From an uncultured Bacteroidales bacterium (GTDB lineage: Bacteria; Bacteroidota; Bacteroidia; Bacteroidales; UBA932), in contig CAMZIP010000001.1 of the NCBI GenBank assembly GCA_947307265.1, positions 1-55,837 of the forward strand: a stretch of DNA of 55,837 nt. The letters are read 5' to 3'. Positions 45,096 through 54,717 of the stretch are shown piece after piece; position 1 is the first letter of the stretch; each line of letters starts with the position of its first letter. The notes below the pieces were generated by a model. It ran no database searches. It was not told the origin of the DNA and was given only the letters and a program-made list of their open reading frames with translations. The position numbers and the translations under genes are program-made.

Positions 45096-46796
45096 CTATT
45101 CCATTACGATGTCAATCTGCCGGCGGCAATATACGGGCCGTCCGTCCGAAGTAATACCTTCGACCACGATGGAATATCTTCCGGGGCGCAGAGGAGCGTG
45201 GAACTCCAGATGGGTGCCGCGGCCGGGAGCCATCTCCACCAGCGGATGCCATAGCGCCGTCTGCCTGTAATCTGGATATACCCCGTCAGAGGCTTCCAGC
45301 CCGGTACTGGCTGCAGGATAGAGCACGCCCTGGAAATCAATCACCCGCACATTGCCGCTGAAACGCATTGACGGCAGATTGCGTTTGTAAGTCACGAAAT
45401 TGACGATGCCGTCGAACTGTTTCGGCCCGACAACGTGGCAGAACGGATAGATATTGATGGACTCGACCAGCAACGGGTCGTAATTGTATATCTTGTCGTG
45501 ATCCGGAACGGGAACGCCGTCAAGCATTATGAGCGAACTTCCCTCCGAGAAACGGGAATCGACATCATTCTCACGCAGACGGACCTGAATATCGCGGCGG
45601 CCGCCGAGCATCCGGGCGCGGATTTCCGGAATAAACTCCACGAATACCTCGCGCATCAGCGGGAAACGGGTATAGTCATCCAGATGGTAAGTAATCCGGC
45701 CCGCTTCGTTGAAAAGCAAATTGTCTCGCACCGGAAGCCATTCGTAGAGCGTATCGGATGCAAAACGGCTTACCACCTGCATCGCACTTGAACGCGACTG
45801 GAGGTCTTCTGCCAGCGAAGGATGCAGCACAAGCGGTGCGGGAGCCTCAACCGCAGGCGTAACGAACGGAGAAACTATCTCAAGATGACAGGTAGATGTC
45901 GAGTCTATATCCTCGATCTCGCTCACCAGTTCTTTGCGGCCGAGGATGTTACCTGTATAGAAAACTGCCTGACCGAGACTGTCGATGACAGAGTAGTAAA
46001 CGTCAGATTTATTGCCCGGAGCGGCAATAAACGCAGTATTGCCGGCCAATTCTGCTATCTTGTCGGGCGCGATACCGGCGACGTGCGCGCGAATCACCTC
46101 TCCGTCATAATCAGGCATAAACGAGCCGGAGACGCCGGAGGTTATGGAACCTGATATTTCATCGAGAAATGCCTCTATAGTAGCGTTATCACGATGGGGA
46201 ACCGCATCTTCGCGGAATACCGAAACTGAAACCGAACCGCCCTCAGGAAGCAGCAGCGAAAGCGGAACAACCTCACCTGCAACTGCCTGTGAGGGATACT
46301 CCAACTGCAAAGAAGCAGATGAAGAAGGCACCACAGAAACGGCTACGGCATTCAAGTCATCCACGACCTTCACGCCGCCCTTGACACGTTCACGAGTGCG
46401 GGTATTGTACACGGAAATGGTCTTGGAACATACACCGTTCCAATCATATCCCTCCTCGTTCTTATTGAGCGAAGTATAAGCGATAAGCCTGTAACTGCCG
46501 GTAGGCAGATTTTTCGGCAGAGAGATAAAACCGGCGCCGCGGCCATCCATAAGGCCTATTTTCGCGGTAAGCGCAAGCCCTTCGGCACTGTGCAGTTCGA
46601 GGTAGGCGACGCTGCTCACGGTACTTGGACGACGGGTGGCGGCATCAAGACAGAAAGCCGAACAGCCGACTTGCTCGCCGGCCAGATAGACATCCCTGTC
46701 CGTGACTATGTAAGTGCGCTCGAACACGCCGGAAGCGGCGCGGGAGGGCACTGAAGCCAGCAAGAGAGAAGCGATTATAGTAACAACCAGGCGCAT
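45096..46796 (-). CDS. Secreted 566-aa MG2-like/plug-like protein; module B gene 4 (paralog of 38653..40341)
   Basis: Opens MRLVVTIIASLLLASVPSRAA and contains YIVTDRDVYLAGEQVGCSAF...YLELHSAEG...GRGAGFISLPKNLPTGSYRLIAYT, LIMLDGVPVPDHDKIYNYDPLLVESINIY, and YPDYRQTALWHPLVEMAPGRGTHLEFHAPLRPGRYSIVVEGITSDG. Confidence 0.7.
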   Translation of the reverse strand: MRLVVTIIASLLLASVPSRAASGVFERTYIVTDRDVYLAGEQVGCSAFCLDAATRRPSTVSSVAYLELHSAEGLALTAKIGLMDGRGAGFISLPKNLPTGSYRLIAYTSLNKNEEGYDWNGVCSKTISVYNTRTRERVKGGVKVVDDLNAVAVSVVPSSSASLQLEYPSQAVAGEVVPLSLLLPEGGSVSVSVFREDAVPHRDNATIEAFLDEISGSITSGVSGSFMPDYDGEVIRAHVAGIAPDKIAELAGNTAFIAAPGNKSDVYYSVIDSLGQAVFYTGNILGRKELVSEIEDIDSTSTCHLEIVSPFVTPAVEAPAPLVLHPSLAEDLQSRSSAMQVVSRFASDTLYEWLPVRDNLLFNEAGRITYHLDDYTRFPLMREVFVEFIPEIRARMLGGRRDIQVRLRENDVDSRFSEGSSLIMLDGVPVPDHDKIYNYDPLLVESINIYPFCHVVGPKQFDGIVNFVTYKRNLPSMRFSGNVRVIDFQGVLYPAASTGLEASDGVYPDYRQTALWHPLVEMAPGRGTHLEFHAPLRPGRYSIVVEGITSDGRPVYCRRQIDIVME

Positions 46797-46797
46797 A

Positions 46798-48033
46798 TCA
46801 AATGTCTATTGTAGGCCAGTCGGCAGGTTTACGTTTCGTACCGCCCTTGCTGCGGCAATCCACGCAGCGGTGAGGCAGCCAGGTATATTCGGCGACGCCG
46901 GAACCGTCATCAGGCTCTTCGCTCGGATCAGGTTCCTCTCCACCGTCAGGATCCGGCGGGAAATACATCCTGTACGGCCACCAGTCCAGTTCGTGATAAT
47001 ACTTGTTCCACTCATTCCTGCGGACAAGTTTGGGCACTTCGGGGAACCCCTCCGGAGCCACGTAGAACTGCGTAGCGTGATTGGGAATCATTATCCGGGC
47101 CTCGGACACCTGCGAAGCACTGATATAGCCTATCACGTATTCCGTGGTATCCTGCAGGTTATGGATATTGCCGCGAATCTCAGAAGGCTGCGGGGAGAAA
47201 AGACCGCCGACTTCCGAAGAATTGCGTGCTATATTGTTCCAGTAGCGCCAAGCATCTTCGGAAATGGACTCCTGGATCAGGGAAATCTTGTAGTAATACG
47301 AGATGCGCTCGTCGCGGCAGTTGATGCTCATCACGGGATAATCGACCAGACGGTCCTGCTCCATCTGCAGCGTAGAAGCTGTCATTATATCCGGGGCGCT
47401 GCGGCGCATCCAGCAATAATAGAAATTGGCCCCGTCGGCGAAATACGTCACCGAATCCGTTGCAGGATCGAAATACACCGTAGCCTGGAAATCAGCCTTG
47501 TACTCATATATTTCGCGGCCAATCCAGCGGTAATAGCCGCCGTCCGCGTCCCCGTGGGCCGAGACGCATATATCCATCCATTCCCGATCTTCGGAAATCT
47601 GATATGACAAGCTGTCAACCTGCGAGGTATGCAGGATATCCTGCCAGTCGCAGGCATAGGTCGAACCGTCGACGACCACCACCAGGCGGCACTGCTGCGA
47701 AACGTCCAGTTTTCGGGTATCTATCAGGTAATAAGCCTGCTCGGCATAATCGCCCGTTCCGGCTTCGACCTTGACTGCGTATTTGCGCTGGCCGTTCTTG
47801 CTCTCGACATAGACCGAAGCATCGATCAACGGCGGAAGGTCGGGTGTCGCGAGTGTCTGAGAGCCGGTCACCAGCACCACCGTCCAGTCTCCCGCGAGGA
47901 TATCACCCTCGATGGAGATGATTCCTCCTCCACCCTCGACCTTAGCCTCGAACGGATAGACGCACGAGACTGCCAGAAATGCTGCGAAAGCAGAAGCGAC
48001 CAATATCCGCAGGGTATGAACAATACTTCTCAT
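46798..48033 (-). CDS. DUF4249-like lipoprotein; module B gene 3
   Basis: Opens MRSIVHTLRILVASAFAAFLAVSC (lipobox), then ISIEGDILAGDWTVV, with the C-terminal CVDCRSKGGTKRKPADWP. It is paralogous to 40343..41659. Confidence 0.65.
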   Translation of the reverse strand: MRSIVHTLRILVASAFAAFLAVSCVYPFEAKVEGGGGIISIEGDILAGDWTVVLVTGSQTLATPDLPPLIDASVYVESKNGQRKYAVKVEAGTGDYAEQAYYLIDTRKLDVSQQCRLVVVVDGSTYACDWQDILHTSQVDSLSYQISEDREWMDICVSAHGDADGGYYRWIGREIYEYKADFQATVYFDPATDSVTYFADGANFYYCWMRRSAPDIMTASTLQMEQDRLVDYPVMSINCRDERISYYYKISLIQESISEDAWRYWNNIARNSSEVGGLFSPQPSEIRGNIHNLQDTTEYVIGYISASQVSEARIMIPNHATQFYVAPEGFPEVPKLVRRNEWNKYYHELDWWPYRMYFPPDPDGGEEPDPSEEPDDGSGVAEYTWLPHRCVDCRSKGGTKRKPADWPTIDI

Positions 48034-50681
48034 CGCAGTTTCAGGTTAAGGTTGACATAGGGAATCGGCGTTGCGAAAACGCTCATCATATAACTCTGGA
48101 CCGTATCGCCCTCCGTCCGATAGAATACCGAATAGGCGTTGCGGCGGCCTGTGACATTGTACACGCCGAAAGTCAGCGACATATGCGCGAACTGCTTCAG
48201 GTTATGGCCCGGCTCGATGATCATCGCCAGGTCGAGGCGGAAATAATCCGGTATGCGATAGCTGTTGCGGTCCGAGTACAGCAGGCGGTATGAGCCGCCG
48301 TAATAGTATTTTCCGACAGGAATGGTTACCGGACGGCCGGTAGAATAATCGAGGTTGGCCGAAATGCTGTAACGGTGCGTAAACTTATAATTGGCCACCA
48401 GTTTGAAATCGTGCGGCTTGTCATAAGAAGCATTGTACCAGCGGCCGCCGTTGATGGTTTCCACGCCGCGATCCTCCATCTCTCGCTGCATAGCACGGCT
48501 GTAGGTATATGAAACCCAGCCGTTGAGCTGACCGAGATTCTTGCGGGCCATCAGTTCGATACCGTACGAACGGCCGTAGGTCGGCACCAGTTCCGCTGCA
48601 AGATTGTCATTCATTTCAAGCACCGCGCCGCTTCGGAAATCCACGAAATCGCGCACGTGCTTGTAGTAAATCTCAGCCGAAAGATCCACCTGTCCGCCTG
48701 CAACCGTCGAATACCAGCCTGCAGCAGCCTGCCAGCCGGTCTGCGGCTTGATGGAGGCGTCACTCAGTTTCCAGGTATCGTTGGGCGATATGTTGATGCT
48801 GTTGGAAATCTTGTGAATGTACTGATGCATCGTGTTGAATCCGGCCTTGAGGGTGGTCGTCTCGCTGAGCGAATATTTGCCGGAAATGCGTACTTCCGGA
48901 GCGTGGTACATCTTCGTACCTCCTGTCAGCGAGATATAATTGCTGTAGCGCAGGCCTGCCTCGATCGAAAGAGCATCCGTGGCCTTCCATTCGTCGCTGA
49001 TATAGGCTGCGCTCTCCCAGGCATTTTCGCGCGTCAGGAAACGGGCTGCCACGAGGGACGAATCCCCGAGCGGCGTGCAGGAGCCCGGCTGCAGGTCATA
49101 ACGCACCGTCCCGACACCGTAGGTAACGGTATGACGGTCGCTGAGCAGCGTCTTGAACGTCGTGCGGACATAGAACTGACGGATACCTGAGGCCAGCGTG
49201 AAAGCAGAGGCGGCATTGCCAGAATCCTCCGTCTGGTAACCGTAATCGTCATATCCTGCAACCGTAACGGCAGAAGTGCGGTCCGAGAACTGTGCGCGCC
49301 ATTTGAGAGAAACGTTCAGGTCGCGGTAACGGTAGGTCGTATCGTTGCTGAAAGCAAACCGGTCGTAGGAGTAATATGCATACGCGTGCAGCGAATGGTT
49401 GCGTCCGATACGCTGTCCGATGCCGAAATTGATATCGTGGAAATGCGCGTTACCGTCGCTGTAGGCGCTGTTTTTAGGCAGCAGCTTAAGCATCCAGTCG
49501 CTGTAGGTGGTGCGGGCGCCGAGAATGAAGGTGGTATTTTCGCTGCCAAGCGGGCCCTCGAGATGCAGGCGGCTGGTCAGCAGGCCCACGCCGAGCGAAC
49601 CGGTAACTTTCTTGCTGTTGCCGTCGCGGCTGCGGACCTCCAGCACCGAAGATATGCGGCCGCCGTATTCGACGGGCATCGAACTCTTGTAAAGCTCCAC
49701 GTCGCTGATGACATCCGAATTGAATGCCGACAGCAGGCCGAACATATGCGTAGGATTGTAGATGGTGCCGTTGTTGAAGAGTATGAGGTTCTGGTCGGTG
49801 GAGCCGCCGCGCACGTTGAAGCCGCTGGAAATCTCGCCTACCGACTTGACGCCAGGCAGTGTCATAACCACTTTGAGGGCATCGCTTTCGCCGAATGTTA
49901 CAGGCACGTTCTTGATGGCCGAAATGCGGACCGTCTCGATGCCCATACGCGTCGAACGGTGCTGGCGCATACTTTCGGCTGTCACCACGGCTCCGGTCAG
50001 GGCCACGACCTTCTCCTTCAGCAGCACGTCCATCGCCCCGTCGTCATACACGCGCAGGTGATACTGCCTGTCTTCCATCGAAAAGCCGCTGAACTTTAGG
50101 ACATTGTCGCCGACCGGCAGAATTATCTTATACGCGCCGAATGCATCTGTCTGTGCAAACGCGCCTTTCTCGTCATAGACCGCCACGCCCGCTATCGGTT
50201 CGCCGGTAGCGGCATCCCGCACGAAACCCCGAACCGTTGCCTTGCCGCTCTTGCGGGCCGTAACCTCGCCTATTTCATAGATTTTGTTTTCAAATCCGGT
50301 AACAACCGTCTCATCTTCCAAGACCATCTTTTCTGCCGGAGCCGCTTCTGCGGCAAAATAACCCGCGGGCAGGTCGGAGACCATATCCGCGCCGCGATAG
50401 ATAAAATATCGGCCGTCCATCAGGTTGATGGAATAACGGTGCGAACGAAGTTGTGCGAAAGCCTCGTCTATAAATGCCTGGCCTTCGCCGTGAATCGTAT
50501 AGGAAGCCTTGTCGGTCGTGTCCGGCACGGCATAAACCTCCAGATGCAGCGAATCGCGGAGATATTGCACCACCTCCATCGCATCGGCCTTCGAGACACC
50601 GCGGCCCGACTGGGCGGCAGCACCCGGAGCGAAGAGCGCCAGAACGGCGGCGAAGGTGATTATATGACGCAAGTATCTCAT
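48030..50681 (-). CDS. TonB-dependent receptor with STN-like extension, CarboxypepD_reg, plug and barrel; module B gene 2
   Basis: 883 aa and colinear with 41659..44364. The plug region is nearly identical (VPVTFGESDALKVVMTLPGVKSV...FNVRGGSTDQNLILFNNGTIYNPTHMFG...VELYKSSMPVEYGGRISSVLEV). It ends YVNLNLKLR. Confidence 0.85.
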   Translation of the reverse strand: MRYLRHIITFAAVLALFAPGAAAQSGRGVSKADAMEVVQYLRDSLHLEVYAVPDTTDKASYTIHGEGQAFIDEAFAQLRSHRYSINLMDGRYFIYRGADMVSDLPAGYFAAEAAPAEKMVLEDETVVTGFENKIYEIGEVTARKSGKATVRGFVRDAATGEPIAGVAVYDEKGAFAQTDAFGAYKIILPVGDNVLKFSGFSMEDRQYHLRVYDDGAMDVLLKEKVVALTGAVVTAESMRQHRSTRMGIETVRISAIKNVPVTFGESDALKVVMTLPGVKSVGEISSGFNVRGGSTDQNLILFNNGTIYNPTHMFGLLSAFNSDVISDVELYKSSMPVEYGGRISSVLEVRSRDGNSKKVTGSLGVGLLTSRLHLEGPLGSENTTFILGARTTYSDWMLKLLPKNSAYSDGNAHFHDINFGIGQRIGRNHSLHAYAYYSYDRFAFSNDTTYRYRDLNVSLKWRAQFSDRTSAVTVAGYDDYGYQTEDSGNAASAFTLASGIRQFYVRTTFKTLLSDRHTVTYGVGTVRYDLQPGSCTPLGDSSLVAARFLTRENAWESAAYISDEWKATDALSIEAGLRYSNYISLTGGTKMYHAPEVRISGKYSLSETTTLKAGFNTMHQYIHKISNSINISPNDTWKLSDASIKPQTGWQAAAGWYSTVAGGQVDLSAEIYYKHVRDFVDFRSGAVLEMNDNLAAELVPTYGRSYGIELMARKNLGQLNGWVSYTYSRAMQREMEDRGVETINGGRWYNASYDKPHDFKLVANYKFTHRYSISANLDYSTGRPVTIPVGKYYYGGSYRLLYSDRNSYRIPDYFRLDLAMIIEPGHNLKQFAHMSLTFGVYNVTGRRNAYSVFYRTEGDTVQSYMMSVFATPIPYVNLNLKLR

Positions 50682-51400
50682 TCTCCGTATTCTACATAAC
50701 GCATAACGATGAGGATGAACTCCTCAAGGCCGATACTGTATTCAGTTTCTTCGGCACGGATTATCTTCTTAAGCGCGCTCCGATGCTCCTTGTAATGCTT
50801 CAGCAGGTCTCCGCGGCGGCGAATCTGGGTAATTTTGCCGTCTGCCGCCTCATAATAGAAAGTGACATTCGGCAGATATACGTCATACACGTTTCTCAGA
50901 ACGGCAGTACCCTTTTCTCCGGTATCCAGAAGGCGCTCATTTGTGACCGTCTCGAGACGTTTGACAACGTGCTTGTAGATGCGCGCGTGGCCGTCGAAAA
51001 TAATCTCATAATAACCCTCCGGCAGGATATCCGGAGCGAGAAAGGCGCCGTTGACGAACTTCCTGCCGTCCAGCGTCAGAGATTCGACATAATCGCGGTT
51101 GAGCATTACCTGCGCACCCTTCTGGGGCTCGATAACCAACGCCTGCTGACGCGCAGCGTCGATATTTATGGCATCGCACTGATAATCCTTATGGTTGTAA
51201 CGCACCGTTCCGGAATAATAGAGCGGCGTGTCCCAATAATACGTTCCGTTGAACTGAAACTTGTACGCGAGAGGCTTGCGGCCACGGTAGAGAAGCGATG
51301 AAGCCTGCGCAGAATCCCGGTAACGCATATAATCGGCATCCTGGGCGGCAGCATTTGCCACGCAGGCCGCCAGCATAAATATCAGCAGAAACCTTCTCAT
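50678..51400 (-). CDS. Secreted 240-aa protein of unknown function; module B gene 1 (paralog of 44361..45077)
   Basis: ORF 50678..51784 trimmed to the ATG at 51400 (MRRFLLIFMLAACVANAAAQ). The upstream 128 codons lie inside the MATE gene in another frame. Confidence 0.7.
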   Translation of the reverse strand: MRRFLLIFMLAACVANAAAQDADYMRYRDSAQASSLLYRGRKPLAYKFQFNGTYYWDTPLYYSGTVRYNHKDYQCDAINIDAARQQALVIEPQKGAQVMLNRDYVESLTLDGRKFVNGAFLAPDILPEGYYEIIFDGHARIYKHVVKRLETVTNERLLDTGEKGTAVLRNVYDVYLPNVTFYYEAADGKITQIRRRGDLLKHYKEHRSALKKIIRAEETEYSIGLEEFILIVMRYVEYGE

Positions 51401-52719
51401 TCTCCGGGAACGCGAATATAGATATTTTTTCGGTAAACCGCTGTCTGATAGATAGAACGGAATACCAAATGGCCGAAGTACGCTATATAGATGGACTGCA
51501 CTCCGAACTTGCCTGCCGTAGCCCAATAGAGCAGCAGGAATACTACCGCAGAACCGATGGTACAGTTGCGAAGCGCACGGGACGCGGTCGCACCGATATA
51601 GATACCGTCCCAGGTAAAAGCGATGCAACTCATTACCGGCATCAGCAGCAGCCAGAAGAGGAACGGTCCGCAGGCCTCTATTACCTCCTGATTGTCTGTA
51701 ATGATGCTTATCATCCAGCGCGGCAGGACTGCATACAGGACAGTTGAAACGACTGCAATCACCATACACCAGAAAAAGTTCCACCGCACGGTGGCTTTCA
51801 GGTTTTCTTTATCCTGCGCGCCGATATAACGGCCGGTCAGAGCCTCCCCCGCGTATGCAAATCCGTCCACGAAGTACGAATATAGCAGCAGCAGTTTCAT
51901 CATCACCGAACTGACTGCCAGTTGCGTATCTCCGAAACGGGCCGCCAGCGCAGTAAATCCGGTATAAACCACCAGAAGTGATATGGAGCGGACGAAAAGG
52001 TCTATATTGATCGAGAAGAATGATCGAATCTTCGCCCATCGGGCGCTCTGCCGTATGCTGGCGAGCCGCAGGATGCCTCGGTAACGGATCATTATCAGTG
52101 CAGATGCCAGTATCAGGCCGCTCCACTGAGCAATCAGCGTACCTGCAGCGACGCCGTTGATGCCCATCGGCGAATGGAATGCCAGCAGCCAGCTTGCGAT
52201 CATATTGACCACATTGACCCAGATATCCACCACCATCGCAAACACGGTATTCTGCATACCGATAAACCAGCCCTTGAATACAAACAGCGAAAGAGTTGCC
52301 GGAACCGCCCAGATGCGGATGAAGAAGTAATCCTTGGCGATAGCGGCCACCTCCGGCGTACAGTCGACCAGCATAAATGCCACCTTGACGTACAGCCATT
52401 GTATCAGCAGGCAGACCAAGGCCACCGACATTGCCGTCATTATGCCCTGCATAAAAGTCTCTGCAGCGCATTTCCAGTCCTTGCGGCCGTATGCCTGAGC
52501 CGTTATGCCGCCCGTCCCGACGCGCAGGAAACCCATATTCCAATAGAGCAGGTCGAACAGCATCGAACCGATGGCGATGCCGCCGATGCTCACCGCGTCT
52601 CCAAGATGACCGGAGATTGCCAGATCCACGATTCCCACCAACGGGACCGTGATGTTGGCAAGGATGCTCGGACCTGCAAGTCCGAGAATCTGGCGGTTGA
52701 TGGTGCCTGCTCTGCTCAT
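51397..52719 (-). CDS. MATE-family efflux transporter
   Basis: 440 aa and polytopic. The N-terminus INRQILGLAGPSILANITVPLVGIVDLAISGHLG and the segment GFLRVGTGGITAQAYG are typical of MATE (DinF/NorM-like) proteins. Confidence 0.88.
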   Translation of the reverse strand: MSRAGTINRQILGLAGPSILANITVPLVGIVDLAISGHLGDAVSIGGIAIGSMLFDLLYWNMGFLRVGTGGITAQAYGRKDWKCAAETFMQGIMTAMSVALVCLLIQWLYVKVAFMLVDCTPEVAAIAKDYFFIRIWAVPATLSLFVFKGWFIGMQNTVFAMVVDIWVNVVNMIASWLLAFHSPMGINGVAAGTLIAQWSGLILASALIMIRYRGILRLASIRQSARWAKIRSFFSINIDLFVRSISLLVVYTGFTALAARFGDTQLAVSSVMMKLLLLYSYFVDGFAYAGEALTGRYIGAQDKENLKATVRWNFFWCMVIAVVSTVLYAVLPRWMISIITDNQEVIEACGPFLFWLLLMPVMSCIAFTWDGIYIGATASRALRNCTIGSAVVFLLLYWATAGKFGVQSIYIAYFGHLVFRSIYQTAVYRKNIYIRVPGE

Positions 52720-53657
52720 CGGTACTTGGTCTCCTCCTCGAGCATTCCGAGGTATGAATTATACCGCTCCGCGGAAATTTCACCCGAATCCACCGCCTCC
52801 TTGACTGCGCAACCGGGTTCGTGAGTATGCGTGCAGGGCTTGAAGCGGCAGCGGTCCATTACCTGGAGCATCTCCGGGAAATAAGTGCTCAACTCTTCAG
52901 GCTCAATGTCCACCAGTCCGAAACCGCGGATACCGGGGGTATCTATCAGGAAACCGCCTCCGGAAAGAGGATGCATCTCGTAGAACGTAGTGGTATGCTT
53001 GCCCTGTTTGTTTGAAATCGAAATCTCGCCCGTACGGACCTTGAGGGTGGGATCGAGAGCCGAGATGAGGGAACTCTTGCCTACTCCGGAGACGCCGGAG
53101 AACAGCGAAACCTTGTCGCGGCACATCTCGCGGATGTTGTCGATGCCTTCGCCCGTAAGCGCGGAAATGGTCAGCACCTGATAGCCTGCGCGAGTGTAAA
53201 TATCTTCCCAGTAGCGGCATTCCGCCGTTTGGTATTCATCGTAGATATCGATCTTGTTGATGACAATCACCGGATGCACCTGATATGCCTCGCAGGTTAT
53301 CAGGAAGCGGTCCACGAAGGCAGGTTTAATCTCCGGGAGAGCCACCGTTATGACCAGGAACACCCGGTCGAGGTTGGCTGCGATGACGTGCGACTGGCGC
53401 GAGAGATTTGCCGAACGGCGAATGATGCAGTTGGTGCGGGGCAGAATGCGTTCGATGGTCCCCATCGGCTCCGGCTCGTCCCAGTCGATGACATATTCGA
53501 CACGGTCTCCGACTGCGACGGGATTGGTGGCCTGCGAAGCATCGAGCCGCACACGCCCCTTAATCACCGCGGGAATGAGTTCCCAGCGGGGAAGTTCCGA
53601 CAGCAGATAATGGCTGCCGGTATGCTTGACAACAGTCGCTGTTCCGTGTTGCTTCAT
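52716..53657 (-). CDS. rsgA: Ribosome small-subunit-dependent GTPase A
   Basis: 313 aa with an OB-fold N-terminus, a circularly permuted GTPase (VINKIDI...FSGVSGVGKSSLISAL...LIDTPG) and a C-terminal zinc knuckle (CRFKPCTHTHEPGCAV). Confidence 0.92.
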   Translation of the reverse strand: MKQHGTATVVKHTGSHYLLSELPRWELIPAVIKGRVRLDASQATNPVAVGDRVEYVIDWDEPEPMGTIERILPRTNCIIRRSANLSRQSHVIAANLDRVFLVITVALPEIKPAFVDRFLITCEAYQVHPVIVINKIDIYDEYQTAECRYWEDIYTRAGYQVLTISALTGEGIDNIREMCRDKVSLFSGVSGVGKSSLISALDPTLKVRTGEISISNKQGKHTTTFYEMHPLSGGGFLIDTPGIRGFGLVDIEPEELSTYFPEMLQVMDRCRFKPCTHTHEPGCAVKEAVDSGEISAERYNSYLGMLEEETKYR

Positions 53658-53663
53658 ATCCTA

Positions 53664-53671
53664 CAAAGTTA
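53664..53671 (-). promoter_or_regulatory. -7 box TAACTTTG for rsgA and the downstream co-directional genes
   Basis: Plus-strand caaagtta is TAACTTTG on the minus strand, 6 nt from the ATG at 53657. Confidence 0.4.
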
Positions 53672-53691
53672 ATAATTTCCGCAAAATAGAT

Positions 53692-53699
53692 TATCTTTG
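53692..53699 (+). promoter_or_regulatory. -7 box TATCTTTG for the polyprenyl synthase gene
   Basis: TATCTTTG lies 21 nt upstream of the ATG at 53721. Confidence 0.45.
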
Positions 53700-53720
53700 C
53701 GGCCATAAAGTACAGCTGCA

Positions 53721-54704
53721 ATGTATTCTCAGGAAATTATCGACGGCATCGTGGAGAAAGCCATCCGGAGCCAGTCCTTCGACCGCGAACCGCAGAAACT
53801 CTACCGCCCTATCGGCTATATGCTCGGGCTTGGCGGCAAGCATCTGCGCCCGCGACTCTGCTTGACCACTTACAACCTTTTCAGCGACCATATCGATGAC
53901 CACATCATCTATCCGGCGCTGGCGCTCGAAACATTCCACCAGTTCACGCTGATTCACGACGATATTATGGACAATTCGCCTACCCGTCGCGGACAGCCTA
54001 CGGTATATGCCCTCCACGGGACTAGCAACGCCATCCTAAGCGGTGACGCGATGAACATCCTGGCATACCAGTATCTCGCCTGCGCTCCTTCCCACCTCAT
54101 CGGAGACGCGCTGAAACTCTTCAACGACATCTCTCTCAAGGTCTGCGAAGGACAGCAGCTGGATATGGATTTTGAAGACCAGGCCCTGATTTCGATGGAC
54201 GAATATATGGGAATGATTGCGCTCAAGACAGGCGTCCTGATTTCAGGCGCCATCAAGATGGGCGCACTGCTGGCTGAGATTCCCGAAGCCATTACCGACG
54301 CCCTCGCCCGCTACGGAATGCAGTCGGGACTGGGCTTCCAGATTGCAGATGACTATCTGGATACGTTCGGCGACGAAAAAGTCTTCGGCAAACCGATTGG
54401 CGGCGACATCGTCAACAACAAGAAGACCTGGCTGCTGGTGGAATGTATGCACCGCGCGGCCTCTTCTGCTTCAGACAAGAAGAAACTTGCGGACCTGCTG
54501 AAACTGGACGAAAGTCATCGCGAGGAGAAAATCAAGGGTGTTCGCGAGCTCTACGTCAACCTCGGTGTCAAAGAAGATGCAGGTAAAGCCATTATGGAAT
54601 GCTACGACAAGGCTCTGGAAGCACTTGACGAGGCTAAATTGAGCCCCGAGGGCCGCGAGCGTATGGTTATTCTCGCCGATCAGATGATTCACCGTGAAAA
54701 ATAG
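53721..54704 (+). CDS. Polyprenyl diphosphate synthase family protein (trans-isoprenyl diphosphate synthase)
   Basis: 327 aa. The first aspartate-rich motif is LIHDDIMD and the second is GFQIADDYLD. Confidence 0.9.
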   Translation: MYSQEIIDGIVEKAIRSQSFDREPQKLYRPIGYMLGLGGKHLRPRLCLTTYNLFSDHIDDHIIYPALALETFHQFTLIHDDIMDNSPTRRGQPTVYALHGTSNAILSGDAMNILAYQYLACAPSHLIGDALKLFNDISLKVCEGQQLDMDFEDQALISMDEYMGMIALKTGVLISGAIKMGALLAEIPEAITDALARYGMQSGLGFQIADDYLDTFGDEKVFGKPIGGDIVNNKKTWLLVECMHRAASSASDKKKLADLLKLDESHREEKIKGVRELYVNLGVKEDAGKAIMECYDKALEALDEAKLSPEGRERMVILADQMIHREK

Positions 54705-54717
54705 CCGGTTTGAGATA

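Larger units (their letters stand above)
45096..51400 (-). repeat. Segmental duplication unit B (four-gene module)
   Basis: See unit A. The units are separated by only 18 nt (45078-45095). Confidence 0.8.

Noticed and set aside
51401-51784. N-terminal extension of the 240-aa gene (ORF 50678..51784), plus ORFs 51809..52783 and 52174..52824
   Set aside because: They lie inside the MATE transporter gene in other frames or on the other strand. The signal peptide and the paralog alignment both support the ATG at 51400.
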